Shown here: positions 48,741-63,500 of the stretch, in pieces
Layout of the letters: each line of letters starts with the position of its first letter
Numbering within the stretch: position 1 is the stretch's first letter
DNA from: Bugula neritina
Taxonomy: Eukaryota; Animalia; Bryozoa
DNA length: 64,000 nt
Assembly (NCBI GenBank): GCA_964035545.1
Contig: OZ037773.1
Location: 9,639,751 to 9,703,750, forward strand
Direction of reading: 5' to 3'
The notes under the pieces: model-generated
Database searches by the model: none
Seen by the model: only the letters and a program-made list of their open reading frames with translations
Told to the model about the DNA's origin: nothing
Made by a program: the position numbers and the translations under genes

Positions 48741-49040
48741 AGCTACACTAATTGAAAACATGCAATATCTTACCATTGAAATTCAATGAAAAGAAAGACT
48801 GTTTGCAGAAAATTGTGAAGCAATTATACAATGCAGGTGCAAATGCAGAATATGTTGTGTTTTAATTATAGGCTCTAACAAGGTATTGTTGACTGAAAGA
48901 AGTTCATTATGCTATAAAAAAATCTTTGTATTGAAATACTTTAAAGCAGAGAAGATAGTTATTCAGTTGAAAAAAAGCCCGAGTATATTATAATAGAATA
49001 GAGAAAAGAAGTTTGGTAATAGATATAGGAAGGAGACAAA

Positions 49041-52000
49041 ATGAATATAATCAGTCTACTTTTATGTCTATCAGTTGGAATCATCAACCAGATACACCTT
49101 AGTGTGCACAGACCTTTGAGCACCAGATCAGCGCTATTTGTTGGTAAATAATTAAATATTTTATTTTACTTATTTACATTGATGCAGAGACCTGTGGGCA
49201 CGGAGGCAGCACTCTTTCTTGGTAAACACTTATTATTTTTATTTTATCTATTTATTTTAATAAGTTTATTATTCTTGTTTGAATACATTCTCAATCATCC
49301 AATGGCTAACATACAGTTAACTGCTCACAGTATATTTTGAGTAAAGGCCTGGCCACACACTCGTGAGAACCACACAAAATTGTCTATTTGACACGAAAAC
49401 CCAAAATTACGATCAATTTTGAGGGAATTCATTTATAAACAGTGGACGAAAAATCGAAATTAATGATAAGCACCATTTGATTGGCCAATAGAATTTTAGC
49501 AACAGTAATTATTTTATTTCTACCATGATTCTGTGTCTAGCAATTTCCTGCTGTTTGTATTTGGTACAAGACGCATTCAGCGACTATTTTTTATGTGTTT
49601 CCTCCGACGAACGTGTGACTGGTCATAAAGAGAAGATAACTCATCACAATACTTACACAAATTTTGTCTGATTCTTACGAGTTTGTAGCCAGGCCTTAAA
49701 ATTCTAGCTGTAGAGTGTTTATGTTAGAGTTTGCTTGTCAGTTCAGTCATATAACCAAACGCAGCTGGAAGCTTTAGTACTTGCTAAAGCTCGTCAGTAG
49801 CTTTTTAACATCTGATTGTCTTTCAACACAATCTACCTTAAATTATTAATGTTACTGCCCTTGAATGTAGTTGTATATGAAACATTTATATTTTAAGAGT
49901 TCGAGCCTATTGGACCATACTTTGAAGTAGCGGAAAACGTTATGACAAGAAAAACAAAACTACAATATACCTGCAGAGGGGAGCATCATGATAGGCTTAA
50001 ACTAAGAATAAACACGTTGATTTTCTTCACCGAGTACCCTAACTTGGAGTACTACGGTGAGTGAGTAAAACTTTAGTTTATTGAATAAACATAATTTTGA
50101 AACAACAAGGCTTTTTATTACAGAACAAAAACATAATTTATTTACCTAGAATGGTGTAAATTTGTGAAAACCAATCCATAAGTGACAGATTTGTGAGAAA
50201 TGATGAAAATACAAAAGTGTAAATCTTTCTATAAAATTATGGATACTCCCAGCTATAGTAAGAAATTTTCTTTCAATAAAGTATTTCTCAATAATTCTAT
50301 TTTAATGCTTTTATTTACTAAAAAAATATTTGCAAGAGCCTGTTGTATTGAGTTTGATTACATTTGATAAATTCCCTCTTACACATTATATACTATATTT
50401 ATTATTGTACTTTGCTTTACCATGTTATTTGCTATATATGTATAACATTGTATTATTTATAATATTTTGATGACAGATTTTATGCATCTGACAATAGGAA
50501 GGCACATGTCTACTGGTTTTGCCCCTACCTGAATAAAAAACTATTTCAAGTGGCATTATTTTTGAATAGGGTTTAGAGATGTAAATATGTATAGATATAT
50601 GAAGATATGTAGATATGTAGATACGTAGATATGTTGATATGTGTAAATATATGAAGATATGTAAATATTCATTAAACTAGCACATACTGCAGCTAACTAA
50701 CAACATGTTTGTCAAAAATAGACTCATCTTCTATCAGCTGTGTGTACAATTATAGTAGCTATTAGCTTTTTTAAAACAAAAAGTAGAGTTGCTCTTTCAA
50801 ATGTGAAAAAACTTAATTGTTACAGAGCAGTTTCCCACTAGAATATTAGCTCGTGAAACATGTAAGAAAGGAGGTGTACGCTTTGAAACATGTTTAGTTA
50901 TTTCTGGAGAGACGTATGGTCGGTTTACTAAAGACATGGCTGGGCATTATGCATGCGCTTTAAACCCATACGAAAATCTGCCCATCTACTTCATAGATGA
51001 AGGTAGACTCTTATATATCTTCTATACTACCTTTTCTCTGCTAACATAATATTGTAAACCTATACTATAGATAACCTACTATTACTTTAGAGTTCATGTT
51101 TCAAATTTTTACTCAGTACTAATTTTTGAAAGACAATTGTTAAAAAGCAAATACATTTATCTGCAGAGATTACATACAAACATTCACTATGCCTGATAAA
51201 AGTTACCTTTTTTTAGATGAACCAGTATTATATACAAAAGAAGCTATTATAAAGAAAGGTGGATACCAGGAAGTTGCTTATATAACAGCTACACTAAATG
51301 TGTACCCCAAAGATGCTATAGCTGGAAAGGTACAAGCTATTTGGTAAGTTTTTGAACTGATTACATAACAACTCCATGACTAAGTATATTACATAAAGAG
51401 AGTAGGGCTAATTAATATGTTGGGAATAGATGTAGCTGCTACACTATTTCATTTTGATAGAGTTAAAATGCACTTCTACGATGTATTTTTGGTTCAATAG
51501 TATTTGACTGTTGAATATATTTTGAACATTTAATTGTCCAGTTCAGATAAATCCTGATTTTTTCATTCTATAACTGTCAATAATTTTAGGTACAAACTTA
51601 CAAGTGCAACAGAAAAGCAGATAGTCCGACAATCTGCTATTGCAACTTCCGTTACCAAAGAAGCAAAATCAATTCTTCAGTTTGATGCCTATTACATAAT
51701 TAGAGTTGGTGGGAACTACATATGTGAAATGACATTCACTGAAACAGAAGAAACTTACACGAGTGGAACCATGTTGGTGAAAGGTCTGTATTTATTTTAA
51801 AATGTATAGGCTGTATATATATGCAGTTTAAATAGCAAGTATATATAATGTTTATACAAATAATGATAATAATATTAGCACTAAATATGAATGATAATTT
51901 GTTAACAATTTGTAACATTTCTACTCACAGTCTTTCTAAATATAAGCTCTCTCAAGTTGAACTTGAATCGCAGCTACTTTTTCTTTGAAAAAAAGTTGAA

Positions 52001-55000
52001 AAACTAATGCCTATTGCAGCCACACCAAAAGCTTGGATAGCGAATGACAAATCTGCTGAGTTTCAGTTTGCCCGAGATGAATCAGTGATATTCACATGCA
52101 ATTCTAAAACCTACCCTTATCCGTACAGCATACAAATGAGCATCATAATTCAAGATGATTTTGGCAATAATGAGACTTTGCCAGTTGATGAGAGCTGGAT
52201 ATTAAAAAGAGATATTACCAGTAATGATGTTGATACCCACTACCAAGCAGTAAAAATCTCAAACATGCAAGGTAAGGTCGCTGGAAAAACATTTCCCAAT
52301 ACATGTATCGTTTCATGTTTTCTTCTCTTTTCTACTTTTCTTTTATTTCACAGTTTATTTGCAAACACACACCCACACACACAACACAAACACACGCTCA
52401 CACACTCACACACACAACACACACACTCAAACTCACAGGCACACAGGCATGCACTCACACACTCATACTAACATCCACAGCAATTCTTTACACATAATAA
52501 TAAGGCTTATGTTACAGATGTATTTATAAGTGATTTTGGATGGATTGCGTGTAGAGTAAACTTTCAATCACCAACTCCACTCATTGTGGCTATACCAGTG
52601 AATGTTAGGAGAGATCTCACACTACCACCACCTAGTAATTTATATTCTTCTAATAAATTTGCTTCCTTCATTTTGTATAGATTCATGTGAATAAAATGCA
52701 AATTAAACTATTGCCATGTAATTAAACTACAAAGCTCATTAAAACCCAGGTCATATACTATAATTATTTGCTTTGGTCACCAACTTCTTATTTTACAATA
52801 TTTTTAGTAAAGTGCTTTCCATTAGCACCTATTCCACACAGCAAAGGAGGAGAATATTGCTCTTCCAAGAGTCGTAGACCTGAATTCTCTTGCACAATTG
52901 AGTGTTTTCCTGGGTTTGAGCTAGTCGGCCCAAGTCCAGTAATCAAGTGTGGCTGGGACGGTGAATGGTTCCCAATTGATGTTTCGTGTGATCGTAAGGG
53001 TTTTTGAAAATGTAAAATACTATCTTTTTGTTGCAAGAGTTCTCTTGTACAATAATTAAATATTTAATATGACTCTGATTCCTTAAGAAATTGTAGGTAA
53101 GTTTTATTTGACAACATATAAATATTTACATGCAGTTTTTTTCTAGCCTCCCAAATTCACATTAGAAAAATTTATGCATTGTGGAATTAGAACAGTTGAT
53201 GTTCTTCTATAGTTACTAAATGTTTTATTTCATGCTTAGGGCTTAAATTTATTATATAATTGAAAAACATAAAATAATAATTCATCTTTTGCTATTACTT
53301 TATAGCTAATTAGTTGAAAACTGATGTTTGAAATCTTGTTTAGGTATAAAGTGTAGCCCACTAATAAAGTTTTCGGATGGCCAGTTCACAAATAGAGATT
53401 GCACCAGGAAGTCTATAGAGCTGGGCGGAGTTTGTAGTGTCAAGTGTAACCCTGGTTATACACATGCACCAGAACTTACTGGCTACACTTGTACTGCTAA
53501 TAAACAGTGGGTTCCAGATCCTTATTCAACTCTTTGCAAACGTGAGTGTATATTTCAGTAAACAGTAGAGTGTTTATAGGGAGTATAATATACTATGACC
53601 TATGTGTATGTTATATAGTTTTATTGGAGATGTGTATATCACTGCTGTAGTATGTGCATGGGTATATTATAGCTGCAGCATAGGGTATGTATAGTGCATA
53701 TTGTTGCAAATGTGAATTAGATTACATTTGTCACATATAATAGCTAGTGTAATGAAGTGCTTGTACATGTATAATATGTATATATCACAGCTGTAACGTG
53801 TGCTGGTGTACTTCCACCTATTCTTGGGCATGGACGGTATGATAGCCATAAATGTCAAGATCCAGCACTATTCAGAGAGTATGGAGATCAATGCAATGTA
53901 ATCTGTAACCAAGGCTACTTCTTAGCCAAGAAAATATGGTACACTTGCATAGATTCTGGAAATTGGTCAAATAAAAAAAGAAAGTCACAATGCACTTGTA
54001 AGTAATTCTCCCATTTTTATGATACAAAGCAAACAAGCCTAAACATTTTTTTTTAGGTTTTTAGCTAAATACTTTAGTAATCTGCTCAATTCTATGCTTA
54101 CAATATAATGTTCACTACTGATTCAAACATTTCCCTTGGTGCTGCAAAAGCTGTTTTTATTTTGGCAACAATTTGTTTACCAAAAATCAATTTATTTAAC
54201 ACTCATAAGGAAGCCAGGCTTTGTAATAAATATAATACATCTACTTGTTTTAAAAATAAATAAAAATCTCAGTAGAATTTTTTGAAAAAAATGTGATAAA
54301 TATGTATGATGTTTTGTTTACTTGCATGCATGTTGTTAGGTATGTGACTTGACATTGCTTACTTATATTACAAATATGTATTGTGTCACTTTTGAAGCAG
54401 TATGTATATGCATTTTTTTAGTAAATGCAGTAAATTTTACAAGCCTGGATATTTTACCAAACAATGAAGGAGTGTTACTAGAATTTGACCTCTCAGATTC
54501 ACCACCAGTAAACCTAAACACTGACGTAATAAGAGTTTTATTATGTAAAATCTATGGAAACCGAGCATGCAAAGAAAGACGGTTTCCTATTGCAAGCAAA
54601 ATCAAGCAACTTGAACTCAGAGAAGACTTTTTAGTTGGGGATTGGGAATTTACTTTACGTTTCATCAGAAATCGACTTGACATCAGTAAAGACAGTGTAA
54701 CAAAGGGCATCAAACGGTGTAAGTAGTATTTTATTTTTCACCTATCTCGGCTTTGTCCTGCAGTTCCAATAGTGGTAAATAGTGTACCATAATTAGTATA
54801 ATAACTGTAAATGATTCAAACAAACATCTGCATGATTACTTTGGTGAGCTGGTTATAGCGTTTGCTGACTAACCTGAAATCTTGGGTTTTGGTCTTCATG
54901 AAGGAAAACATATTTTGTAGAAAGAACTATTTTAAACTCCAGTTAGTTTTACAGAGACTGTTCATTTTTGATACCTGAATAAATTTTTTTAGGATGAAAA

Positions 55001-58000
55001 TTGTTATTATCAAGGGATAATTTAAAGTAAGCAAATCAGTTAATAATAATAACTAGTAAGTCAATACAATCACCATTTCAGATCCTCTGGCTCCAAAAGA
55101 TGTCGAGATTCTGGTTCAACCTCCTCCCAAGGAACATGAAATCACGATCAGATGGACACCAACGTTTTACTCATTTGTTGAAATTTCCTGCAACAGAATC
55201 TGCTGTGGCATATACCACATATTCACGGTACAAGTTAACATACAAAGAAGTAGTAGTTACAATAGTCAGACAAAGTTATCAGCAAGGTCATTGAAGTGTT
55301 TTTCTCATTACAGCTGGACACGCCACCGTTTGTACTAGAAGATGTTAGGTCTGGTACCAAGTGCATATTCAAAATGAGATCTGTGTATTCTGAAGACCCT
55401 GATTACGCAATAAGTTCCACACAGCTTGTGAAAGAAGTACATACGTGTAAGTTCCTACATCTGCTAAAGTGTAAAATACATCTTATAAAAATATCTTTTG
55501 GGTGGTTGTCAGAAAGAGAAAAAAAATCTGTTGGTTTTTACGTTGGTCTGGCTAACTTACTCTCGGAAGTTACAATGTCAAAGCACGCATGCAGTTAAAA
55601 TCTCACAACATGCAAGGTTAATTCAATCCAAAAAATATCTTTCTTCTCGCTGATACAGCAAATGTGAATCCCCAAAAAGTCTTTCCTAGAATCTTCTAGA
55701 AGTGGATTTGTATAAACTTAATATATTTGAAAAAATTATTTTGAATAAAATTTGCTTGTATATATTGTAAGCAAACCATTGATTACTGATCAAGAATAAT
55801 AAATAAATATAAAATTGCATTAAATTATATACCTATAAACTCTAAAAATAAATTTCGCATTAAAATGTTTTGATTATAAACAACTATTAAAGGTTAACTA
55901 TTTTCAATAGGCAAAAGTTTATGCAATTATGCCTAAATAGTTTATAGCTATAGTTGACTTCAATTTAATTAAAAATAACTTGCATGCTATTTTACATCTA
56001 TAAATCTATACCAAAGCAAATGAAATTAGTATGATGTTAAAAAAATAGTTTATTTATAGATCCTTCGCAGCTAAGGAAAGTTAACGCAGTATTCGAAGAT
56101 GGAAATAAAGACATTGGTTTTAGTATTAACATTCACGCTGTGTTGAACCTTGTTAAAGGAGATCTTGAGAAAATTGTGCTTTATGTGGTTATCAACAAAA
56201 ACTTTGGTGAAAAAATTAAACTGGAAAAGGAGACAGTAAATATTACAGGTAAAGCCAAAACCTCCAAAAATAAAGCATCTAGACATTTTATGAACTTTGT
56301 TGAACATGCTGTATGGAATGGTTTGACAAACGCATTTAGTCTGCTTTACTATCAACAAACATTATTGTTTTGAGAAATGCTGAATTATGAAATATTTCTA
56401 AATCTATAACAGACGGTAAAAGATTTTATAATATACTAAACTGTCTTGCTAGCTGAAGATCGCCAGAATAGAAAGTTGTTCACTAATTATGAAGTACCAC
56501 CCCAATTTGTAACACATGGAGCTCTTTATGAGATTTATGGACAGGCCCTTGGATCTACTGGTTTACTATCACCTCCAATAAATACATCAATTGTTCTATG
56601 TGAGTCATTGTACATATTAGATGCGATCTACCTGTAAACTGTGTTTTAATTTTATTAAAGGCTCAGTGCAGTTTGTCTTGTTGCATATACTTGTAGTGCA
56701 AATTAAACAGCAGTTGATAGATAGGTTTTTTGAGTGTAACAAAGATATATCTGTGATACATAAATCTAAACAAATGCGTTGCAAAATCTTAATCAGTAGC
56801 AATAGTAGGTTTACAAGAATTATTTTATTTGTTTATGTTTTGTAGCCTTTTTATGTTCTAGTATCTTTTTATGTGTAAACACCAACAATTAAATTGAAAG
56901 AATGCAAATGCATTTAAAGTCAGTGGAAGTGAACTTCTTGCATGCTAGATCTGTAAGACCTTCCTGATAAGATAATGCGGCCACAATAAAATAGCTCAAC
57001 ATTACTACTGCAGTAATACTAGCTGACTAGCATACTGGAGAAAATATTCAAATATATATTTGATAATATTATTTAGATCCTAAGCCTCCTCAAAACTTCA
57101 GACTGATTTCTCACCCAGCGCTGAGTAAGAGAACGTTTGGCTGGTCATACGCTGAGAACAGTATACAAGATTCTGTTGTGATACTGGTTTGTACGAAAGA
57201 GAACATTCAATTCTGCCTGGTTGAAAAAAAGTATGTTGGAGAACTTCCTGTACAACATACAACGGAACAACGACTAGCTGATGGTGAATACTCAGCCTAC
57301 GCATACTCAACCTCTAGAGGAGTGGACAGTGGTTACAGTAATGTAATCTACTTCATAGCAGGTATGTGGAGTCATGCAACATATGTGTACACAGTAAGTT
57401 GGGAATTTCCATTTATTGTGTAATATATTTAGTAACATGGCTTCACAATTTATGACGTATCATAGTAATAAACCATCTTTTTTATATTAAAAACTTATAG
57501 ATTTGTATGTATTCCTTTTTCATCTTTGACTGTAACAATTACTATAATATTATAGTTAGATATATAAATTGAATAAAACAAAACTATGCAAAGGTCAACT
57601 TTGATTGCGCTGTAGCAACATTGAAATAAAACTCGCAAAATTTTGACATCTCTCTTCCTTTCAAAGATATAAACTCAGAAGTCATAGAAAGTTCATGTGC
57701 ATGCATGAATGTATAACTATAAGTAGATGTGATTTTTTTTTAAAAAGATAATCACGCAATTTTTATAATTGCTATCCCTGTAAGAATCCACGAAAGCAAA
57801 GGGCTTATGCTAAGGCGGGCTAAGGACTTATTTAAGTTAGGTGCAAGAGCAATTGTGACAGAATGCTTTTCCTAACATCACCAACGGACTTTTTCAGAGC
57901 TCAAACACATGACTTTGTTTTTATTTGGCAAACACCCTAACTCCAGACCACAGCTGCTTCTATTTTTACTCTGTAAAAAACTTTATTATTTCAGATAACA

Positions 58001-59230
58001 GCTATTGTCAACACCTGGATGACCTCAATGGTCACATAGTGACACCAAACAACAAAAAACAGTTTTTCTTCGAACCTGGGAGTGGATACAAATTGGAATG
58101 CAATCCCCGCCACGTATTGGTCCCGTTGAAAAATGTGTCTGGAGAATTAACGTGGAACTGTACGGAGAAGGGAGAGTGGATTCCCACGTCAGCATGCATA
58201 GGTACTACAAGATATATATACGCACTAGCCATGCAATTGCGATATCTAGATCTGTTTTTATAAATTAAGCTTACTACATTTTAAACAGTATTTTAATTAC
58301 AATTAGGCTAACAAAAATATTACACTTGGAAGCATGTCTGAATTTTTTAGTTCAGAAGTCAGGCTTTTAACCAAAAACTGGTAAAATTTAACCAAAACTG
58401 GTAAAATACTAATATTTCAAATAAATTCTTACAGCAAAGACCAGCAACATACATATGCTAAGTATTTGATACTGTCGAATTTAAATAAAAAATAGAAAAA
58501 TCCTTGTCTCATTTTGGCAAATTAAATTTAATTTGTATTAATGCTAAAACAGATGGATAATTGTTAATCGAATCTTAATTTAATTTTATTCATTTATGTT
58601 GAGAATTAAGAAATGATAGCAATAATTATTTGACATGGTAGAGAAACAAACTCAACATGTATATTCATAGATCACTGACATGTCAGTATGACTTTTTGTC
58701 ACAAATATTTTTTGAAACTGTTTGAAACAACTTATTTCAGCATATACCAATGTGGCAAGGATCATTATCATTTTGGCTGCAATAAATGGACCGATAACAC
58801 TGATTATAGCTGCTGTTTATCTCATATTTAGGTAAGTACTCATGTATGTATAATATATATTATAAAATAAGTTTGCTATTGGTATACACCAACACTTGTA
58901 CAGCTTGTGTGTGTGTGGAGGTGTGTGTATGTGTGTGTGTGTGCAAGTGTGCGTGTGTGTGTATACAGTATATATGCATGTATGTTATAATATATGATTT
59001 GTTTTAGGTACCGTAAATGGCGAGCAACCACACAAGCATTAGAATTGGAAGAAAGAGCCCGACAGAGAAGAGTGACCTCCGTCATCCATAGTGCCTCCAC
59101 AATGAAAGCTCTTGCTCTCACTAGAAAATATTCACATTTACAGCAAAATACATCCAAAACCACTTTATATACGCAACACCGATTTAATAGATCGTCTAAT
59201 TCTTCAAGAATTCATAACCCAAAATTTTAA
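49041..59230 (+). CDS. Receptor E, apparently intact, ~1145 aa, same 19-exon architecture
   Basis: Exons 49041-49143, 49898-50056, 50826-51002, 51217-51343, 51590-51783, 52020-52271, 52518-52634, 52808-52993, 53344-53541, 53791-53997, 54422-54718, 55082-55227, 55314-55446, 56060-56248, 56453-56599, 57077-57361, 57995-58201, 58741-58831, 59008-59230 (3438 nt, open). TM IIIILAAINGPITLIIAAVYLIF; tail ...RKYSHL...NPKF*. Confidence 0.85.
49345..49696. mobile_element. PIF/Harbinger (Tourist)-like MITE in intron 1 of E
   Basis: TIRs AGGCCTGGCCACACACTCGTGAGAA / TTCTTACGAGTTTGTAGCCAGGCCT with 3-bp TSD TAA (49342-49344, 49697-49699). Confidence 0.85.
58906..58962 (+). repeat. Imperfect (GT)n microsatellite
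   Basis: Direct observation. Confidence 0.9.
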
Positions 59231-60529
59231 AAGCTTTATCCTCACTCGGTTTTTGCTTTTTGACTTTATGGTTTAAAGTATGTTCTATGTCTATTGTTTT
59301 CAATAAATTGCATATGCATACTCTCCAAAATGCTATCTCAATATGTCTATAATTAGAATTGCAATAGAAATTAATTAGGCAGCAAAATTTATTCCCTTAA
59401 GATTAACCTAGTCAGAAAACTCGTCGTCTGTGCATGAAATGTAAATTCTTACTATATTTCTTTACATTTTGGTAAAGAAAATTTGCTCTTTGTAAATTTC
59501 TTAATATTTATATTTATATATAATGTACTGCTATTCACATTGCAAGCCATAGTATCTGCTCAAAGAAAATCTTTGCCATAAAAGTTGTACTAACCAGTAA
59601 GAAGCGACATCTTAACTTTGTTTTGTGGATCTGATTTTTCACCACTCGATAATTTAATCATTATTATACTGCGTCAGAAAATAAAAAAGTACCTTGTTTA
59701 AATAATATTTTGTGGAGTCAGCAAATTCTATATCTAAGGTGAAACTACGCATTATTTAACACTGGAATTAATCCCTTGCTCTTATTAGCAAATTTGGAAA
59801 AATCTTATATGCTTCTTTATGTTTTTTTGGAATTTTAGGGCAGGCTTTTAAACAAGCTGAAACTATAGTATTTCAAATACGACTTCAGGATTTACGTAAA
59901 TGCATCAGAATTATATTAGCAATATAATTACCATCCATCATCTAAGAGAGTAGCAGTTGAAGAATTATATACTTTTAAAGACTTGTTCACTTGCCAAACC
60001 ATGCTTTTTAATTATCTTATTAAAGGAAAAAACTAAATTATTAAGACATAGCTATTTATTTTGATTGTTAACCCTAAGTTTAATTTTATGCCTTAGCTAA
60101 GCTTGAAATTTTCAAATGATGATAAACGCAATGCATGCATTAATTTATTGATACTAACTTTCATTATAGCTGTGAACAAAATATATGACACAAGCTATAT
60201 AACAGTTTTTCACTGCTCAAAAGATATTTTAATATGTAATATGTTAAACAAAGTATTTTTAAAAAATCAATCATATATTATAAAAGTAGTTTTGTTGGTA
60301 GGGATAGTTAAAGTAATTCTTGCAAGTTTTCTTTTGGATCACCAACATTGCAAATATTTGCCTTTTGTACATCGTACTTTTGAAGTCGTTAATAGAACAA
60401 ATCAATTGTCTAAAATAAGCATATGAAAATATTATAAAAACACATCGAAAAAGCATTAAATTATTTATCAAAAATATTCTGACACTAAAGCATCAGGTGC
60501 AGTCAATGGGTAGTTAAAATTTTAACTCT

Positions 60530-63500
60530 TTAGTCATCACAGTTCACAGGTGTGGAGGAGCAGGTTTTTACAAGATCCACTCTCAGTTCTTCAACAAAGA
60601 TATGGAATGAAGACTGCCAGCCCGTGTATGCCTCAGTATGAGTGTACCCAGAGCAGTAACCAATAGCGTAGGTGATGGTGCGACTTCCCAGAGATATCCC
60701 GTGACACATTCCACTCACTGAAACATGAAACGGAAAAGAACATAAATTTCATTGTACGGTGAACTATAGATATCAATATGAATGTACCCAGAGCAGTAAC
60801 CAATAGCATAGGTGATGGTGTGACTTTCCAGAGATATCCCTTGACACTTTCCACTCACTGAAGCTTAGGTTATGTAACTCTTATAAGCATCTCTAAGCAT
60901 AAAAGTAAGATGCAAGAGAAGTTTTAGAGTTGTGCGTTTTTTGTGGAATAAGCAATAATATCAAGTTATATTTACATTTTTCTTTTTTATTACCCAAGAA
61001 GTTATTTTGAAGTATTTGGATTCACGTAGATTACACAATAGAAAAACCGTTGCAAGAAATACTATGCTATAAAAAACTTTATATATGTATAAGGTAACTT
61101 AATCTTGCACATAAAATTCTGTGAAATTATAAATCTTAGTTAAATATGCTAAAATTATACTATATTAAAATAAAACACAACATTATATAATTCATGACAA
61201 TATTATATCATGTGATATAAAATGATATGCTAGACAACACAACATAATAATATCATAATAAAACATAATATAATAAAACATAGTATATCATAGAATGATA
61301 CAATGAAATACCCAGTTTAAAGTTGAATCTAATATATCTTTCCTAATTTTTTTATACATACTATGTCTCTGAATAATGCCTGCATGGCCTCCTTAGTATG
61401 GAAGTTTAATATTAAATATCTGAAGTATATAATTTTATAGCTGATGAGTTGAACAGTATACAGTTTGTATATTTACACTAAAGTGCTATTGGAGTATTGT
61501 TATTGAAGTAATACCTTGCATTGGATAGTAATAGTCAGTGTGTTGATCAAAGTAACTGACCCCTTCTATTCGCCCAGGTGTCACACATTCGGAGCTATCA
61601 ATCTTGAAATACCTAAAAATATAGAAACAATAATATTCAGAGACTACATTAGACTATACAACTAACCATATAATGATTAGAATCTATCTTATTTCAATTT
61701 TTTTAAATTTCATCAGATTTTAGTTATGTACCTGTGCGGAAAAAAAATACAATATGCAATTTATTGCAATAAAATTGGATGAAATACAAGATAATGCAAT
61801 ATAATGTAATGCAATGAAATGTAAAACAATATGGCATAATGCAATACAATTTACCTACTGTGATACAGTGTAGTGAAATACAGTGTAATGTAACACAATA
61901 CAATGGGATACACTGTAATTCACTACAATATAATGCAATACAACATCATGCAATCAAATGGCATACACTATAATGTAGTTTAACAAAGGCAATGCAATGC
62001 AATTCAAAATAATGTAAAGTGATTAGGTGCAATATTATACAATGTATTGCAATACAGTATAATAAACTAACATGTCATGCTATTGTCTGAGTGTTTCAAG
62101 TATGCACGTTCGTATATGATTTTTAATCTAATGATAAAGAGAGTAGCTTTATGTTTTACCATCTTCCACATTGAGTGTAACCTGCAGGGTGGTTGTACAT
62201 GGTGCGATGAACCCCACTAGCAGTTAGTCTGAGTCCAGTGTCTGCATATTCCTTCACATAAGTTATGGTGAACAGATCTTCCACATCACCATCTTTATTA
62301 CTTGCCCAATAATGGAATCTCTCCAGATTACCACTGTGACTTCTGAACATCTTCTGGTTATGGGATATCACTAAAAAATGAGCATCAATATCAAATTTCA
62401 AAGTCCAAATAGTTATTTTATGTCTTAATCAGTGTTTGCAAATATAAATAAAAATGTTAGTAGAAAATAGAGCATATGCAATATTTAAACCTGTTTTAAT
62501 AAAGCTACCAACAACTAATACTAAAGTTTCTGCTTTGCAAATTTACAAAATAGCACCGCTTAAATGATTTTATTTAAATTTGAATTCTTACTATTCAGAT
62601 TTTTTTTAATTGAAATATTATATTTATGTAAAGATTTATTAGTTGTTAAATAAAAGTTCTGAGTCACCTCCATCAACTGCATGGTCTCTTCTCACTTCTT
62701 CAATGTGCAGACGTGAAGGGGAGTTGAATCCACCAGTAACAGTTCTGGTTGGTTGGCTATAACTATCAATACATCTTCCAATGTATATTCCAATGATGTG
62801 ATTTCCAGCCAAGAGACTATTGTCACAGATACCTTCCACTAAAAATGAGAATCACATTGTATTAATTACTTGGAAAGCTTTAACAATAGCAAAGTGAATT
62901 CTTCTTACAATGCCAATTGCTATTTTATGAAAACAATACAACTGTCTACGCACAAGTTCTGACTCTTTTGTGGTCTCTCCAGTAGGCATAGTTATCAGGT
63001 GAACTCGTGTGTATTACATAATCAAGTTGGGGGGAACATTCACTGTCTCCTATCTTCACAAACCTAAATGTGGAACAAAATTATTAATTATAATTATACT
63101 TATACTACTATAGTTTTATCTAATATTTAAAAGCTTTTAAACCTAAATATTCAAATGTGAATGTTCAGCATTCTTAGTATATAAATAATTATTATTGTGT
63201 GGGATAATAGCATTACTTTTTTAAGAATAAAAACGATGCTAAATAGTTTTAGCAAGTTATTTCTGTTACCTAGACACAACATGTACAACTAACCATCGTG
63301 CGCAATAGTAGAGCCCATTTGTCGTTACAATAACGGAGGACACTGCACTGTATTTAATCCTTAGACTAGTGTCGTCTGCAACTTTGGTATACTCTATTTC
63401 CTACAAATAGTAAGCAAAGAAATAGTATACAATTTTAATAAAGGTAGATATTTGTACAAGCGACACTGCTTCTGAAATGCTATTGCGGTGTATCTTCGTT

